Shown here: positions 49,417 through 61,745 of the stretch, piece by piece
Layout of the letters: the number at the start of each line of letters is the position of its first letter
How positions within the stretch are numbered: the first letter of the stretch is position 1
Origin: Alphaproteobacteria bacterium
Lineage (GTDB): Bacteria > Pseudomonadota > Alphaproteobacteria > Bin95
Reading direction: 5' to 3'
DNA: 64,000 bases
Assembly (NCBI GenBank): GCA_964291285.2
Contig: OZ219788.1
Location: 448,001-512,000, forward strand
Translations under genes and position numbers: made by a program
The notes under the pieces: model-generated
Databases searched by the model: none
Told to the model about the DNA's origin: nothing
The model's input: the letters and a program-made list of their open reading frames with translations, nothing else

Positions 49417-50179
49417 CCGAAGTTCCAGCACCGATCAGACGTATCATTATGAATGTATTGACGTTTGAAAAAATCGGGTGTGTCGCTACTGGGAACGCTA
49501 CAAGCGTACGCCGAGGTAGTCTAGGGCCTTTTTCTGGAGCGGCGTGGGCCGCGTGGTGACCTGGAAGGGTTGGGCGCCCGCAAGGCGGGGCGCCACGGTG
49601 TTGCGGGTGGCGAGATCGTCGATGAGGGTGGAGAAGCTGTGCCACCCCCGGGTGTCCTCTTGGTTGCCGCCTTGGCCCGGGCGCTCGCCGAGACCTCTGC
49701 TGGCGCCACGACGGAAGGGCGCCTTCGGCATCCTCGTCGTCGAACAGCATGGGCTTCAGTTTCTGGCGCATGTGCCATTCGATGTAGTAGGCGAGCATGC
49801 ACAGGAAGACATGGGCCCGGGGCTCGGTGCGGTGGTAGACGGGACGGACCTTCAGATCCACGGTCTTCAGGCTGCGGAAGGCCCGTTCCACCGAACTCAA
49901 CCGCTTGTAGGCGCGCACCGCGCCGGGACCGTCGAGCTCGCTCTGCGGCAGGCTGGTGCGGATCACGTAGAGGCCGTCGAGCCTGGCCTCGGCGGCGATG
50001 GCAGCCTCATCGCGCCCATAGGTGAAGACACCGTCGTCGTCGATGGACCACGTGAAGTGCTTCGCCATCTTGTACTTGCCGATGACCTTCCGCTCCCCGA
50101 TCTTCCCGGCGCTTGTCGCGCCGTGTCGCTGCTGCGATCGGTTCAAGCAGGGCCTCGGTGGCCTCGAGCAGTTCCTGGC
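49417..50179 (-). mobile_element. IS1634-family remnant (decayed 3' part)
   Basis: KYKMAKHF, DGLYVIRTS, YKRLSSVERAFRSLK, RAHVFLCMLAY; frameshifts. Confidence 0.8.
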
Positions 50180-50369
50180 TGTCAATCGGCGTTCAAAGTT
50201 GACCCCGGATCGGCGCGGAAGATTGACCCCTCTTTAGGTTGTCCCGGTAGTCAACAGGAGGGCCCCGCGCGGCTCCGCGTAGCGCCCTGCGATACGTGGA
50301 GCGGAGCCGCGTGGGAGGTGCCTGTTGACCCACCGGGGCAACCGGGCCGCCGGCCTGGGCGTCGCCGGG

Positions 50370-51098
50370 TCACGATCGATGTTTGAAGCGCCAGCTCTGG
50401 TTGCCGGTTTCGACAATGTCGCAATGATGGGTCAGGCGGTCGAGGAGCGCGGTGGTCATCTTGGGATCGCCGAACACGGAGGGCCATTCGCCGAAGGCGA
50501 GGTTTGTGGTGATGATGATCGAGGTGCGCTCGTAGAGCCGGCTCATCAGGTGGAAGAGCAGCTGTCCTCCGGCCTGGGCGAAGGGGAGGTATCCGAGTTC
50601 GTCGAGGACGACGAAGTCGCGCCGGGCGAGCTGCTGGGCGGTACGACCCTGGCGCCCGGCGCGATGCTCGGCCTCAAGCAGATTGACCAGGTCGACGGTG
50701 TTGTAGCAGCGCCCGCGGCAGCCCTGCCGGATGCAGGCGCGCACGATGGCGACGGCAAGATGCGTTTTGCCGCTGCCGGTTCCGCCGACCAGGACGAGAT
50801 TGCGCTTTCCTTCCAGGAAGGCGCCGGTGACCAGTTCCTGGATCAGGGCCTCGTTGACCGGGGAGGCCGCGAAGTCGAAGTCGGCCAGTTCCTTGGCCAT
50901 CGGCAGCCTGGCGCTTGCCATCTGGTATTTGATCGAGCGCGCCGTCTTGTCGGCGATCTCGGCCTGCAGCAGCGCGGCGATGATCTTCGGCGCCGGGTGG
51001 CGGCGCTTGATGGCGTCGGCGAGGATATCGTCCCAGGCGGCGCGCATGCCCGACAGCTTGAGGGCGGTCATCATCGCCAACACGTCATGACGCTCCAT
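50370..51098 (-). CDS. istB: IS21 helper ATPase
   Basis: [31 protein letters not shown]. Confidence 0.93.
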   Translation of the reverse strand: MERHDVLAMMTALKLSGMRAAWDDILADAIKRRHPAPKIIAALLQAEIADKTARSIKYQMASARLPMAKELADFDFAASPVNEALIQELVTGAFLEGKRNLVLVGGTGSGKTHLAVAIVRACIRQGCRGRCYNTVDLVNLLEAEHRAGRQGRTAQQLARRDFVVLDELGYLPFAQAGGQLLFHLMSRLYERTSIIITTNLAFGEWPSVFGDPKMTTALLDRLTHHCDIVETGNQSWRFKHRS

Positions 51099-52599
51099 GG
51101 CCGGCCTCCCTCAGACGGTCGTAGCGGTGGCAGTCGGCCACTGGCTGATGGCGAAGCTGCAAGCCCTCGGGCGTCGGGATGGGCGGAACCGGCGCCGGCT
51201 GGCGATGCCGGGCGAGGATGTTGAGCACGACGTCGGCGCTGCAGGCGCCATTGGCGAGCGCCTCGGCGCAGGCGGCTTCGACCGCCTCAAGTCCGTCCTC
51301 CAGAACCGCTGTAAGGATCCGGACGATCTGGCGGTCGCCATCGTCATGGCCGGACAGCCGGGCTCGCAGCCGACCGAGGGCATCGGGCAACGGCCAGTCC
51401 TTGAAGGGCGCGCCGTTGCGCAGCGCGCCGGGCTTGCGTGCCAGGATCGGCACGTAGTGCCACGGATCGCAGGTGACCGTGCCGCGCGCGAAGCTCCGGG
51501 GGTGCTCGGCAACCGTCTCGCCGTCCTGGCGGATGACGATCCGGTTGGCGTAGGCCCGCACGTCGACCGGCCGGCCGACGGCGCGGGCGGCAACGCTGTA
51601 GTGGTTGTTGTCGAAGCGCACCAGGCAGGTCTTCGAGACCGCCGACTCAACCGCGTGGAAGCCGTCGAACGGACCGCAATACCCCACCAGGAACGGCTGC
51701 TCCTCCTCGAACACCTCCCACACCGTCTTGCCCGCGATCGACGGATGCGCGCGGCGCTTGGCGTCCCGGATGCAGGCGTCCATGAGCCATGCGTTCAGCT
51801 CATCATGGGAGCGGCCCCGCAGGCGCGGCACGAACAGGCGGCTGCGGGCGTAGCCCACCTGGTTCTCTACCTGGCCCTTCTCCCATGCCGCCCCGGGGGT
51901 GCAGGCCACAGGCTCTACCAGGTGATGGGAGCACATCTCCAGGAAGCGACGGTTGTAGGCGCGCTCCTTGCCGATGAAGATCGCGCTCACCGCCGTCTTC
52001 ATATTGTCGTAGATCCCCCGGCGGCACGACCCGCCGAAGAGCCGGAACGCCCGCTCGTGCGCCTCGAACACCATCTCCTGGCCTTCGCGCGGGAAGACCT
52101 GCACCAGCATCATGCGGCTGTGGCAAAGGCGCATGTGCGCCGCCTTCACCCGGGTCGTCACGCCCGACAGAACCGCGTATTCGTGGCTCCAGTCGAACTG
52201 GTAGGCCTCGCCGGGGGCAAAGCTCAGCGGCACGAACGCCTGCGAAGCCGACAAGGCACGGCGCTCGCGGCGCCAGACGCCGGCATAGCGACGAACGGCG
52301 TCATAACCGCCGGCATAGCCCAACGCCGCCAGCTCCTCATACATCCGCATCAGCGACAGGCGATCCCGGCGAGCCTTCTTCTCGTTCGCCTCCAGATAGC
52401 CGTCCAGAACCTCGATCCACGGACCCGGCTTTGGACGCGACTGAACCTTCCGCCCGTAGCTGAACGACGTCTCTCCGCTCCGGACCGCCTTGCGGACCGT
52501 GTTCCGGGATACCTTCAGCTCCCGGACAAGCTTCTTGATCGGGACCCCCTTGCCCAGATGCTCTCGACGGATACGCGCGATCGTCTCCACAACCAACAT
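51085..52599 (-). CDS. istA: IS21 transposase
   Basis: [42 protein letters not shown]. Confidence 0.93.
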   Translation of the reverse strand: MLVVETIARIRREHLGKGVPIKKLVRELKVSRNTVRKAVRSGETSFSYGRKVQSRPKPGPWIEVLDGYLEANEKKARRDRLSLMRMYEELAALGYAGGYDAVRRYAGVWRRERRALSASQAFVPLSFAPGEAYQFDWSHEYAVLSGVTTRVKAAHMRLCHSRMMLVQVFPREGQEMVFEAHERAFRLFGGSCRRGIYDNMKTAVSAIFIGKERAYNRRFLEMCSHHLVEPVACTPGAAWEKGQVENQVGYARSRLFVPRLRGRSHDELNAWLMDACIRDAKRRAHPSIAGKTVWEVFEEEQPFLVGYCGPFDGFHAVESAVSKTCLVRFDNNHYSVAARAVGRPVDVRAYANRIVIRQDGETVAEHPRSFARGTVTCDPWHYVPILARKPGALRNGAPFKDWPLPDALGRLRARLSGHDDGDRQIVRILTAVLEDGLEAVEAACAEALANGACSADVVLNILARHRQPAPVPPIPTPEGLQLRHQPVADCHRYDRLREAGHGAS

Positions 52600-52717
52600 C
52601 TCCCACCTCCTCGTCCATCAAGAAAACGAGGCGGCTTCAAAGGACACAGCCCTCGGGGGGTCAATTTTGGAAGCCGATCACCCCCGAACGGGGGTCAATA
52701 TTCCACGCCGAATTACA

Positions 52718-53590
52718 TCGGCAAAACGCATCTGGCCATAAGCCTCGCGATCGCCGCGGCCGAAGCTGGACGGCGCGTCTACTACGGCACGCTCGCAGGG
52801 CTGATCGACTCCCTCACCGAGGCCAAGGCCGCCGGCAACCTGTCCCACCGGCTGCGCGTGCTCACACACCCGGCGCTGCTGGTGGTCGACGAGATCGGCT
52901 ACCTGCCCGTCAACCAGGACGGCGCCGTGCTCTTCTTCCAGCTCATCAACGCCAGGCACGAGAAGGCATCGACCGTGCTGACCTCGAACAAGGGCTTCGA
53001 GGACTGGGGCGGCGTGCTCGGCGACGAGGTCATGGCGGCGGCTCTCATCGACCGCCTGGTCCACCACTGCCACATCGTCAACATCCGGGGGAACTCCTAC
53101 CGGATGCGCGATCATCAGAACCTGCTGCAGTCCGGCTCGGACCGGCGACGCAAGAGGGCCGCCGCGTGATCCCCGCCCGGAGCAAAAACGGCAACGGTGA
53201 CCGCCGCCCGCTATGGATAACCGGGTTGTCGCCGCCAGACTCGCGGCGGTCGCTGCGCCAACCCGGTTACCCAAAGCTCCATCGAGGCCCACACCCCAAG
53301 CACCGTGCCGGGCGAAAGGGATCAAAGACAAAAGTGAGCAATTTTCACTTGCCAAAACCTTCATTGCCGGGCGGGTCGGCCACCCCGTATCATGAAAACA
53401 GGTGCCGGCCGCGCGGGCGGGACTTCGGGCTTTTACGGGGTTGCCTACCGGTCACGGTCCGCAAGACGGGCACCGCAGATGGCGAGTATCGGACGCCTCG
53501 GGAGCAGTGCTCTGGCGGGGAGGGGTTTTTGTGCGCTCAATCCCCAATAATTTTCACGGCAAAATGCGCAATTTTCGGCTGCCATTGACA
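52718..53590 (+). mobile_element. Right-hand remnant of a second IS21 (istB fragment 52718-53169)
   Basis: GKTHLA, VDEIGY, TSNK, IDRLVHH; GCAATTTTC repeats; terminal CATTGACA. Confidence 0.82.
53358..53559 (+). repeat. 202-bp MITE-like element, copy 2, inside the IS21 end
   Basis: Flanked by the direct repeat CAAAA (53353-53357, 53560-53564). Confidence 0.88.
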
Positions 53591-53788
53591 CCTGAAATCG
53601 AACCGCTTCGCCAACCGTGTGTTCAAGGATGTCGCCGCCCTGAGAGAAGCCTGCCGGACGGCATCGCAATGGCTCATCGAGCAACCCGACATCATCACCA
53701 AAACAACCCGGCGAAGCTGGGCCGTCGCACCATCGTGACGATCCCCACGACCCAATGCATCGGTCTATATGACTTGCGGTTGGTATGA
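53591..53788 (+). pseudogene. IS630-like transposase C-terminal fragment
   Basis: LKSNRFANRVFKDVAALREAC..W..QPDII. Confidence 0.55.
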
Positions 53789-54105
53789 TGTTCATTCGAA
53801 CCAGCTGACGGGCTGGCGCCGCCTGGCGCGGGATGGTCGTCTCGTGCTGCTGTCGCTGGATACGGATATGGCGTTTGTGCCGCTGGCGGTGAGTGCGGAG
53901 GGGTCCGGCGTTCCCGCGGCGGTTGGCGAGCGGGTGGAAGTGGTTCTGGAGAGGGTTACGGTCCGTCTGGACGCGGCGGTGCCGGCGGACCGGCTTGCCG
54001 AGATCGTCTCAGCGCTGAACGCGACGTCATGATCTTCCCGTCGAACCGTGTGCGGATCGTCGTCGCGACCAGGCCCGTGGACTTCCGCCGCCAGCATGAC
54101 GGGCT
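53789..54105 (+). pseudogene. IS66 tnpA (partial) and tnpB stub
   Basis: NQLTGWRRLARDG..FVPL; MIFPSNRVRIVVATRPVDFRR..DGL, cut by IS21. Confidence 0.8.
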
Positions 54106-55307
<1,202 letters not shown>

Positions 55308-55588
55308 TAACCGGTTAACGCACATCATCCGACCTCTCGACGCTCCGACGCCGCCATCGCTGGGCACGAAAATCCCCATCGCCAGCCTCAATCCGGCACA
55401 CCTTCCGCGCGTATCAGGGAATCGAGAGCCGATATTTCCCAACCTCCTGTTCTTGCGGTGTCCGTTAGAATTCAACGTCGTGGTGCCCAGCAGGGCAAGG
55501 ATCTTTTGCTCCTGCCGGCAGCGCGACCTCGCGATCCCCCGAAAGACGGGGCGGCGCGTCGGGAGGACAGCCCTCGCGGCCGCTCACC

Positions 55589-58381
55589 TCAGCCCAGGAA
55601 GTCGAAATCGGCCTCGGTCAGCTGCGCCGCCCGAATCCCCTCGACCACGATCGAGAAGGTGTCGGCAGGGTCACCGATCACGGTGTCGTTGCCGCTTTGC
55701 TTGATATCGAGATCGGAGAATTGCAGGCTGCCCCTGATGACGATGATGTCCTGCCCGTCTTCGAAGTCGCGGATGCGGTCGGTTTCGGATTCGTTGTCGA
55801 AAACGAACCGGTCGGCCCCCTTACCGCCCATTAGCGTGTCGGTGCCTTTGCCGCCCACCAGCGTGTCGTCGCCGCTCCCGGCGTAGAGGGTGTCGTCGCC
55901 TCTCCCCCCTCTGAGGATGTCGTCGCCGCCGCCGTAGTCGTTGAGCCAATCGTTGCCGTTCCCGGCGTAGAGGATGTCGTCGCCTGCCCCGCCGTAGAGC
56001 ACATCGCCGCGGCCACTGCCATTGAGGGTGCCGCCGAAGTCGCCGTTGGCAAAGTAGTTGAGTACGCCGGGCCGGACGATGAAGTCGTTTCGATCCAAGG
56101 AGTCTGCCGCAACGTCTACCAGGGTGATCGTGTCGCCGTCGCCGTAGCGGATGACGGCATCGGCACCGTCCTGCTCAATCACCAGCGCCGCAAACCTGCG
56201 AGGGGACACACCAATGATGTCGATCCTGTCGCCTCCTCCGAAGTCGGTAATGGTATCATGCCCGTCTCCCGCTGCGAACCGGAAAGTGTCAGCGCCCCCG
56301 CCGCCCGTCAGCGTGTCGGTTCCGGTGCTGCCGTCGAAGAGATCGCGGCCGTCGCCGCCGTTGAGAATGTCGTCGCCGCCCTCGCCGTAGAGGTCGTCGT
56401 CACCCGAGTCGCCGTTGAGAGTGTCGTTGCCAATCCCGCCGAAGAGATCATCATCGCCGACCCCGCCGTTCAGGTCGTCGTCGCCGCGCCCGCCAGCGAG
56501 GTCGTCGTCGCCCGCGTCGCCGTTGAGGGTGTCGTCGCCTCCGCGTCCGAAGAGCACATCGTCGCCTCCGCCACCGTTCAGGGTGTCGTCCCCGTCGCCG
56601 CTGATGTAACAGTCGACGCCGGACCCACCGTTGAAGGTAACGCCATTGCGGGGCAGCGGGTCCGCGGGCTTGCCCATGTCGAACGGCTCATCGCCCGAGG
56701 TGCCCGGGATCGTGTCCGTGTCCTCGCCGCCATCGTTGCCGGCATTCGGATCGCCGCCATCGTTGCCGGCATTCGGATCGCCGCCATCGTTGCCGGCATT
56801 CGGATCGCCGCCATCGTTGCCGGCATTCGGATCGCCGCCATCGTTGCCGGCATTCGGATCGCCGCCATCGTTGCCGGCATTCGGATCGCCGCCATCGTTG
56901 CCGGCATTCGGATCGCCGCCATCGTTGCCGGCATTCGGATCGCCACCATCGTTGTTGGCATTCGGATCGCCACCATCGTTGTTGGCATTCGGATCGCCAC
57001 CATCGTTGTTGGCATTCGGGTCACCACCGTCGTTGTCGTTATCGAGGGGGTTGTCGTTGTCGTCGTCGCTCGTACTGGCACCGTAGGCGGCCTTTTCGTG
57101 ATTGTCGCCGCCACCGCCAGCGGGCAGGATGAAGTCGTTCGCATCCAGACTGTCTGCCGAGACGCCCGACAGCCTGATCGTGTCGCCGCCGCCGTAGCGA
57201 ATGACGGTATCGGCGCCGTCCTGCTCGATGACCAGTGCCGTGAACCCGCCGGATACGCCGTCGAGGCGAATCCTGTCGCCGGCCCCGAAGTCGGTAATGA
57301 TGTCGGCGCCGTCTCCCGCCTCGAACACGAAGGTGTCGGCGCCCTTGCCGCCCCCCAGCGTGTCATCGCCCGCGCCGCCGCGCAGCGTGTCGGCACCCCT
57401 GGCGCCGCGCAGCGTGTCGTCGCCCGCGCCGCCGTCCAGCGTGTCGTTGCCCTTGCCGCCCCCCAGCGTATCGTCGCCAGCCCCGCCGGTCAGCGTGTCG
57501 GCACCCAGGCCGCCATAGAGGAGGTCGTCGCCGGCCCCGCCGGTCAGCGTGTCGGCGCCCCCGTAGCCACGCAGGGTGTCGGCGCCATCACCACCGGTGA
57601 GCGTGTCCGCGTCCTTGCTACCCTTCAGCACCTCCCCGCCAGAAGGCCCGCCGCTCGAGGCATCATCGTCGCCGTCATCGTTGCCGTCCGGCGGCGCACC
57701 CTGTGCAGGAGCGTCCTCGCCGCCGTCCTCCGGCGAGGCTGCCTCGACGGGAAGGAACCGGAAGTCGTCCGCGCCAAGGGAGGCCGCCGTCACGCCCTCC
57801 AGCTTGATCGTGTCGCCGTCGCCGTAGCGGATGACGGTATGGAAGCCCTTCTGCTCGATCACCAGATCCCCGAAACCGCCGGACACCCCGGCGATCTCGA
57901 TGATGTCGCCAGCCTCGAAATCGCCGATGTAATCGGCCCCGTCGCCGACCGCGAACGCAAAGACGTCATGGCCACTGCCGCCATAGAGCGAGTCCGCGCC
58001 CCGGCCGCCGGTCAGCCTGTCGGCGCCCCGGCCGCCTTCCAGACGGTCGTTGCCCGCACCGCCATCGACCGTGTCGTCCCCGTCGCCGCCATACAGCGTG
58101 TCGTTGTCCGTGCCGCCGTCCAGCGTGTCGTCGCCCGCGCCGCCGTCCAGCACATCGTTGCCAGCACCGCCGTCCAGCGTGTCATCGTCCGAGCTGCCGG
58201 GGTTCATGAGGAGAAAGTCCGCGTCGGCTCCCGGGCTTGCGGTTCCGCCCGTCAGCGTGTCGTCGCCGTCGCCGCCCGTCAGGATGTCGTCGCCGAGGCC
58301 GCCCTTCAGGATGTCATTGCCGACGCCCCCCGTCAGGATGTCGTCGCCAGCGCCGCCGGTCCGGGAAATATCCTGTGTCAT
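55589..58381 (-). CDS. RTX/hemolysin-type Ca2+-binding secreted protein
   Basis: Many GGxGxDxLx nonapeptides in blocks each closed by DxIxDF..DF modules; C-terminal LTEADFDF type I secretion-like end. Confidence 0.92.
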   Translation of the reverse strand: MTQDISRTGGAGDDILTGGVGNDILKGGLGDDILTGGDGDDTLTGGTASPGADADFLLMNPGSSDDDTLDGGAGNDVLDGGAGDDTLDGGTDNDTLYGGDGDDTVDGGAGNDRLEGGRGADRLTGGRGADSLYGGSGHDVFAFAVGDGADYIGDFEAGDIIEIAGVSGGFGDLVIEQKGFHTVIRYGDGDTIKLEGVTAASLGADDFRFLPVEAASPEDGGEDAPAQGAPPDGNDDGDDDASSGGPSGGEVLKGSKDADTLTGGDGADTLRGYGGADTLTGGAGDDLLYGGLGADTLTGGAGDDTLGGGKGNDTLDGGAGDDTLRGARGADTLRGGAGDDTLGGGKGADTFVFEAGDGADIITDFGAGDRIRLDGVSGGFTALVIEQDGADTVIRYGGGDTIRLSGVSADSLDANDFILPAGGGGDNHEKAAYGASTSDDDNDNPLDNDNDGGDPNANNDGGDPNANNDGGDPNANNDGGDPNAGNDGGDPNAGNDGGDPNAGNDGGDPNAGNDGGDPNAGNDGGDPNAGNDGGDPNAGNDGGDPNAGNDGGEDTDTIPGTSGDEPFDMGKPADPLPRNGVTFNGGSGVDCYISGDGDDTLNGGGGDDVLFGRGGDDTLNGDAGDDDLAGGRGDDDLNGGVGDDDLFGGIGNDTLNGDSGDDDLYGEGGDDILNGGDGRDLFDGSTGTDTLTGGGGADTFRFAAGDGHDTITDFGGGDRIDIIGVSPRRFAALVIEQDGADAVIRYGDGDTITLVDVAADSLDRNDFIVRPGVLNYFANGDFGGTLNGSGRGDVLYGGAGDDILYAGNGNDWLNDYGGGDDILRGGRGDDTLYAGSGDDTLVGGKGTDTLMGGKGADRFVFDNESETDRIRDFEDGQDIIVIRGSLQFSDLDIKQSGNDTVIGDPADTFSIVVEGIRAAQLTEADFDFLG
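56724..57020. repeat. 11 x 27-bp coding tandem repeat (GGDPNA[G/N]ND)
   Basis: 8 copies TCGCCGCCATCGTTGCCGGCATTCGGA plus 3 variant copies. Confidence 0.93.
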
Positions 58382-58772
58382 CGCGCTCTCTCCTCAACGC
58401 ATGGGTCCATGGCAGGGCATGAAGGCATCCCGCGCCGAAAAGCCGGTTCCGCCCGCCAAAGCGTCGGCTCGCAGAGCGCATCCTGCCCGGCGCTCCCGGC
58501 CGTTGCAATCGAATTCGGCCCGGCGGCAGGCGCACTGTGGCGTTCCCGGCCCTGTCAGGTTTGGACCGGCCTCCGGACGGTTGACACGCTGCCGTCCGCG
58601 ATGGGGTAACCCCAGGCCGCCGTGGTCCGCCAGGCGCTGTAGGTGGCCGTGGGCACGCGCCCGCGCTTGCCCGTCTGAGAGCGGTTGGCGAAGAGCGCAT
58701 TGGTACTGGGGGGCACGGGAATTTCGAGGCAGTGGATACCCGGCGGGAACTTCCCGACCGTTGATCGGGAAG

Positions 58773-58938
58773 TTACGATTTGTCCGCTGCCTTGGCGGCC
58801 TTGTTCGCTGCCTCGGCGTTGGCCTTCTTTGCAAGCTGCCGCCTGAAAGTGGCGAAGTTCACCTCCGCCTCGGCGTTGGCCTTGTCCTGCTGATTGGCGG
58901 TGGCGGGCGGCCCATCGTTCCACGGCTCAAACAACCGA
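58773..58938 (-). pseudogene. Possible 3' gene fragment (Ala/Lys-rich)
   Basis: EPWNDGPPATANQQDKANAEAE...KANAEAANKAAKAADKS*, no start. Confidence 0.3.
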
Positions 58939-59046
58939 TATGAGGCGTGTGCGCTGTTTGGAAGTGCTTTCTGAGCAAGGCATTGCGGAGGGTCTGGATT
59001 TTTCTTACCCCATCAGGATGGCTGATTTCCGGGGTTTTTGCGGTTG

Positions 59047-59248
59047 CCGTGAAAATTATTGGGGATTGAGCGCACAAAAACCCCTCCCCGCCAGAGCACT
59101 GCTCCCGAGGCGTCCGATACTCGCCATCTGCGGCACCCGTCTTGCGGACCGTGACCGGTAGGCAACCCCGTAAAAGCCCGAAGTCCCGCCCGCGCGGCCG
59201 GCACCTGTTTTCATGATACGGGGTGGCCGACCCGCCCGGCAATGAAGG
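59047..59248 (-). repeat. 202-bp MITE-like element, copy 3
   Basis: Reverse complement of copy 2 with about 2 mismatches. Confidence 0.88.
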
Positions 59249-59401
59249 TTTTGGAGGGAAAGGTTTTGTGGATTTCCCCCCCATGGCCGTGCGCGGGCTG
59301 GTTTTCGGGCGCGTCGCGTTGAGGCGCGGGACTGAGTAGAAGGTGTCGCCATCGGGCCTGCGGCCCTTGTTCCATCCACCGGTGCTGGTTGGGAGAACGT
59401 G

Positions 59402-60025
59402 ATGGCGACAGCGGAGAAGTTACCGTTTTCGTGGCGGTCTGTCGAAGGTCTTCCGGATCTTGCGCGGTTGCGTGTGGTGCTGGAGGTGCTTCCGGACGAG
59501 GAGGTTGTGGCAGCGCTTGAGGCGGGTCGCGGTCGCGGGCGGAACGACTATCCGGTGCGGGCGATGTGGCGTGCGTTGATCGCGGGGATCGTGTTCCAGC
59601 ACGCCTCGATGCAGTCGCTTCTGCGGGAGCTGGGCCGCAACCCGGCATTGCTTGAGATTTGCGGTTTCGAGGCGCTGCCCTTGCAGGGCGCGCCGGTGGT
59701 GGCGCTTTGCGCGGGGCGGGTGGTGAGGTATCCGGCGCCGTTGCGCTCGACGGTGCCGGGCGCCTGGAACTTCTCGCGGTTCCTGGGGCGCGTGGTGCGC
59801 CTTGAGGACGAGCGCGGCCTTGTGTCGGGGATGATCGGGCGCCTGCGCGCATCGTTGTTCGAGGAACTGCCGGACTTCGGTCGCCATCTCGGCTACGACG
59901 GCAAGGCGGTCGGGAGCCATTCGACGGGCCGGGTTGCCGGGGCCAGGGGGAAGACCTCGGACCCCGATGCGGATTGGGGCAAGCACGAGACGGGCGGGGT
60001 GAACGCGAAGACCGGCGCGGCGTAA
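59402..60025 (+). pseudogene. Transposase N-terminal fragment (DUF772-type)
   Basis: GRGRNDYPVRAMW, SLLRELGRNP, CGF, NFSRFL, DGK, DPDADWG; premature end. Confidence 0.75.
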
Positions 60026-60443
60026 ATCTCGAACGTGATTTTTCGAGTTAGGGCACTATCTGACAGAGGGTCGCATTCCTCCCATGAAGGGGGTTTGAAT
60101 ACTGGATATTTTCGGGCATGGCAAGAGGCATTGGCACGAAATCCGACTGACCTACAGGAAGGTTATGAACGCGATAGTGGCACTGGGGGAAGTAAAACAG
60201 TGGCAACGCATTGTTTCCGGGGGGCATTGAGGGTAGCTTTATGCATGAATGCAGTTCTGGCACGAAAAAAGCCACGACCATCGTGGTGATGCACCAAATC
60301 AACCTGTGAGAGGATAAATATGATAACTGATACAGGAAAAACACAAGCACACTTGCCGGTAAAGCACGGAATTCTGATGGCTGCGGCAGGTCCGGGGGCG
60401 TCGTCATGAGCCGGGCTCCGGGGGGTGCCGCACGCAGCATGCG

Positions 60444-60806
60444 GTGATGGCGACCGCGAACGAGTGGGCGCGCATCAGGGAGCTTGCCGACGAGGCGGGC
60501 ATGGAAATATCGCGCTACATCGTTCACCGGGCCATCATGGCGGAGGCGGTGCCGGCCGTCGTCATGCGGCGCGCGGTGCGCGAACTGCTGGTGCTGCGCG
60601 AACTGCTGGTGCTGGCAAAGATCGAGCAGGAGCGCATGGAGGACCTCGACCTGGGGGACCGCTGGGCCGCTCTCGGCGATGCCGTGGATGCCTGGCTCTC
60701 CCGTGAGGGCGACCTGGACCGTCTGACCGATCCCGGCGCGGCGGCGCGCTGGCAGGCGGTCTCCGTCGGCGCCGATCCGGAGGGCGGCCCCGCGCCGCAG
60801 CCCTGA
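60444..60806 (+). CDS. RHH/MobC-like protein 1
   Basis: EWARIRELADEAGMEISRYIVHRA. Confidence 0.6.
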   Translation: MMATANEWARIRELADEAGMEISRYIVHRAIMAEAVPAVVMRRAVRELLVLRELLVLAKIEQERMEDLDLGDRWAALGDAVDAWLSREGDLDRLTDPGAAARWQAVSVGADPEGGPAPQP

Positions 60807-60813
60807 GGCGGTC

Positions 60814-61143
60814 ATGGCAAGAGTGGTTCGCCGCACCCTGCGCTGCACGGCGGTCGAGAAGGCGGCGATCAGGGAGAGGGCCGAGGCGGCGGGCATGCCG
60901 GTCTCGCGCTTCCTGATAGCCTGCGCGCTGCACGAGGATGCGGGCGGGGCGCCCCGCGAGGAGCCCCGGCTCGTGCTCTCGGAGGAGGAACAGCGGACAT
61001 TGCATGAGCGGGTGGCGCGGATGGACGCCGTCCATCGTGCCTTGCACGAGGCGCTTCCCGGCACGGACCTGTCGCTGTTCGGCGCGATCGCGTTCATCCA
61101 GCGCGCGCTTCGGGAGCGCCCTTCGGGATGGGCGGATCGATGA
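60814..61143 (+). CDS. RHH/MobC-like protein 2
   Basis: TLRCTAVEKAAIRERAEAAGMPVSRFLIACAL. Confidence 0.65.
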   Translation: MARVVRRTLRCTAVEKAAIRERAEAAGMPVSRFLIACALHEDAGGAPREEPRLVLSEEEQRTLHERVARMDAVHRALHEALPGTDLSLFGAIAFIQRALRERPSGWADR

Positions 61144-61589
61144 CGGCGCGCGGTTCCGGCGCGCGGGTGCGGCTGACCATCTCGTGCTCCGACCTGGACT
61201 GGGAGCGAAGCCGGGAGATCGCGGACCGGCGGGGCATTTCGATCAACGGGCACATGATTTCCGCCGGGCTGAGCGTCGAGCTCGACCCGGAGGCGTTGTC
61301 CGGTCCTTCGCTCGTCCTGTCCGGGGCGGAGCAGCGGCTTCTGTTCGACCGGGTCGCGCGCATGGCGGACAGCACCCTGGCGGCGGCGGGCCCGGGCGGG
61401 AGTTCCATCGAACGGCTCCGGCAATCGGTGGAGCTGCTGCTCATGACGGTGCTGCGCGACATGGTCCGGCAGGGCCGGGAGGACGAACTCGGGCCGCTGC
61501 TGGCGGAGACGTTCGGCGCCGACCACGCCCCGGAGATCGAACGGCAGTTCCGCAAATGGATGGAGAACGGGACGCCGCTGTTGGGCTGA
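61140..61589 (+). CDS. RHH/MobC-like protein 3
   Basis: LTISCSDLDWERSREIADRRGISI; ATGA coupling; shares LVLS.EEQR.L..RVARM with protein 2. Confidence 0.6.
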   Translation: MTARGSGARVRLTISCSDLDWERSREIADRRGISINGHMISAGLSVELDPEALSGPSLVLSGAEQRLLFDRVARMADSTLAAAGPGGSSIERLRQSVELLLMTVLRDMVRQGREDELGPLLAETFGADHAPEIERQFRKWMENGTPLLG

Positions 61590-61745
61590 GCGGCAGTATT
61601 GTCCCTGCGGCGTGCCGATGCTGCTCGATCGGGTTGTTTCGGAAGCGCCGGCGTTTTCGGCCAGCCAGAGCGCTCACTCATCGGCGCCGGCCTCCGCAGC
61701 GGCGCCGCTTCTGTCGGGGTCGCTTCCGGTAAGGGGCAGGACCGC

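Larger units (their letters stand above)
50180..52717 (-). mobile_element. IS21-family element (istA-istB)
   Basis: TG...CA ends with repeated TTGACCCC motifs; flanks differ (no perfect target duplication). Confidence 0.88.

Noticed and set aside
53358-53559. Recurrent peptide ENRCRPRGRDFGLLRG as a small gene
   Set aside because: It arises from the repeated non-coding element and has no consistent start or stop among copies
56724-57020. CRISPR array
   Set aside because: Repeats are contiguous with no spacers, in frame within the RTX gene, and no cas genes are present
55589-58381. RTX protein as substrate of the C39-ABC exporter at 856-3066
   Set aside because: That transporter is NHLP-type with an active C39 Cys and lies over 50 kb away; no linking evidence
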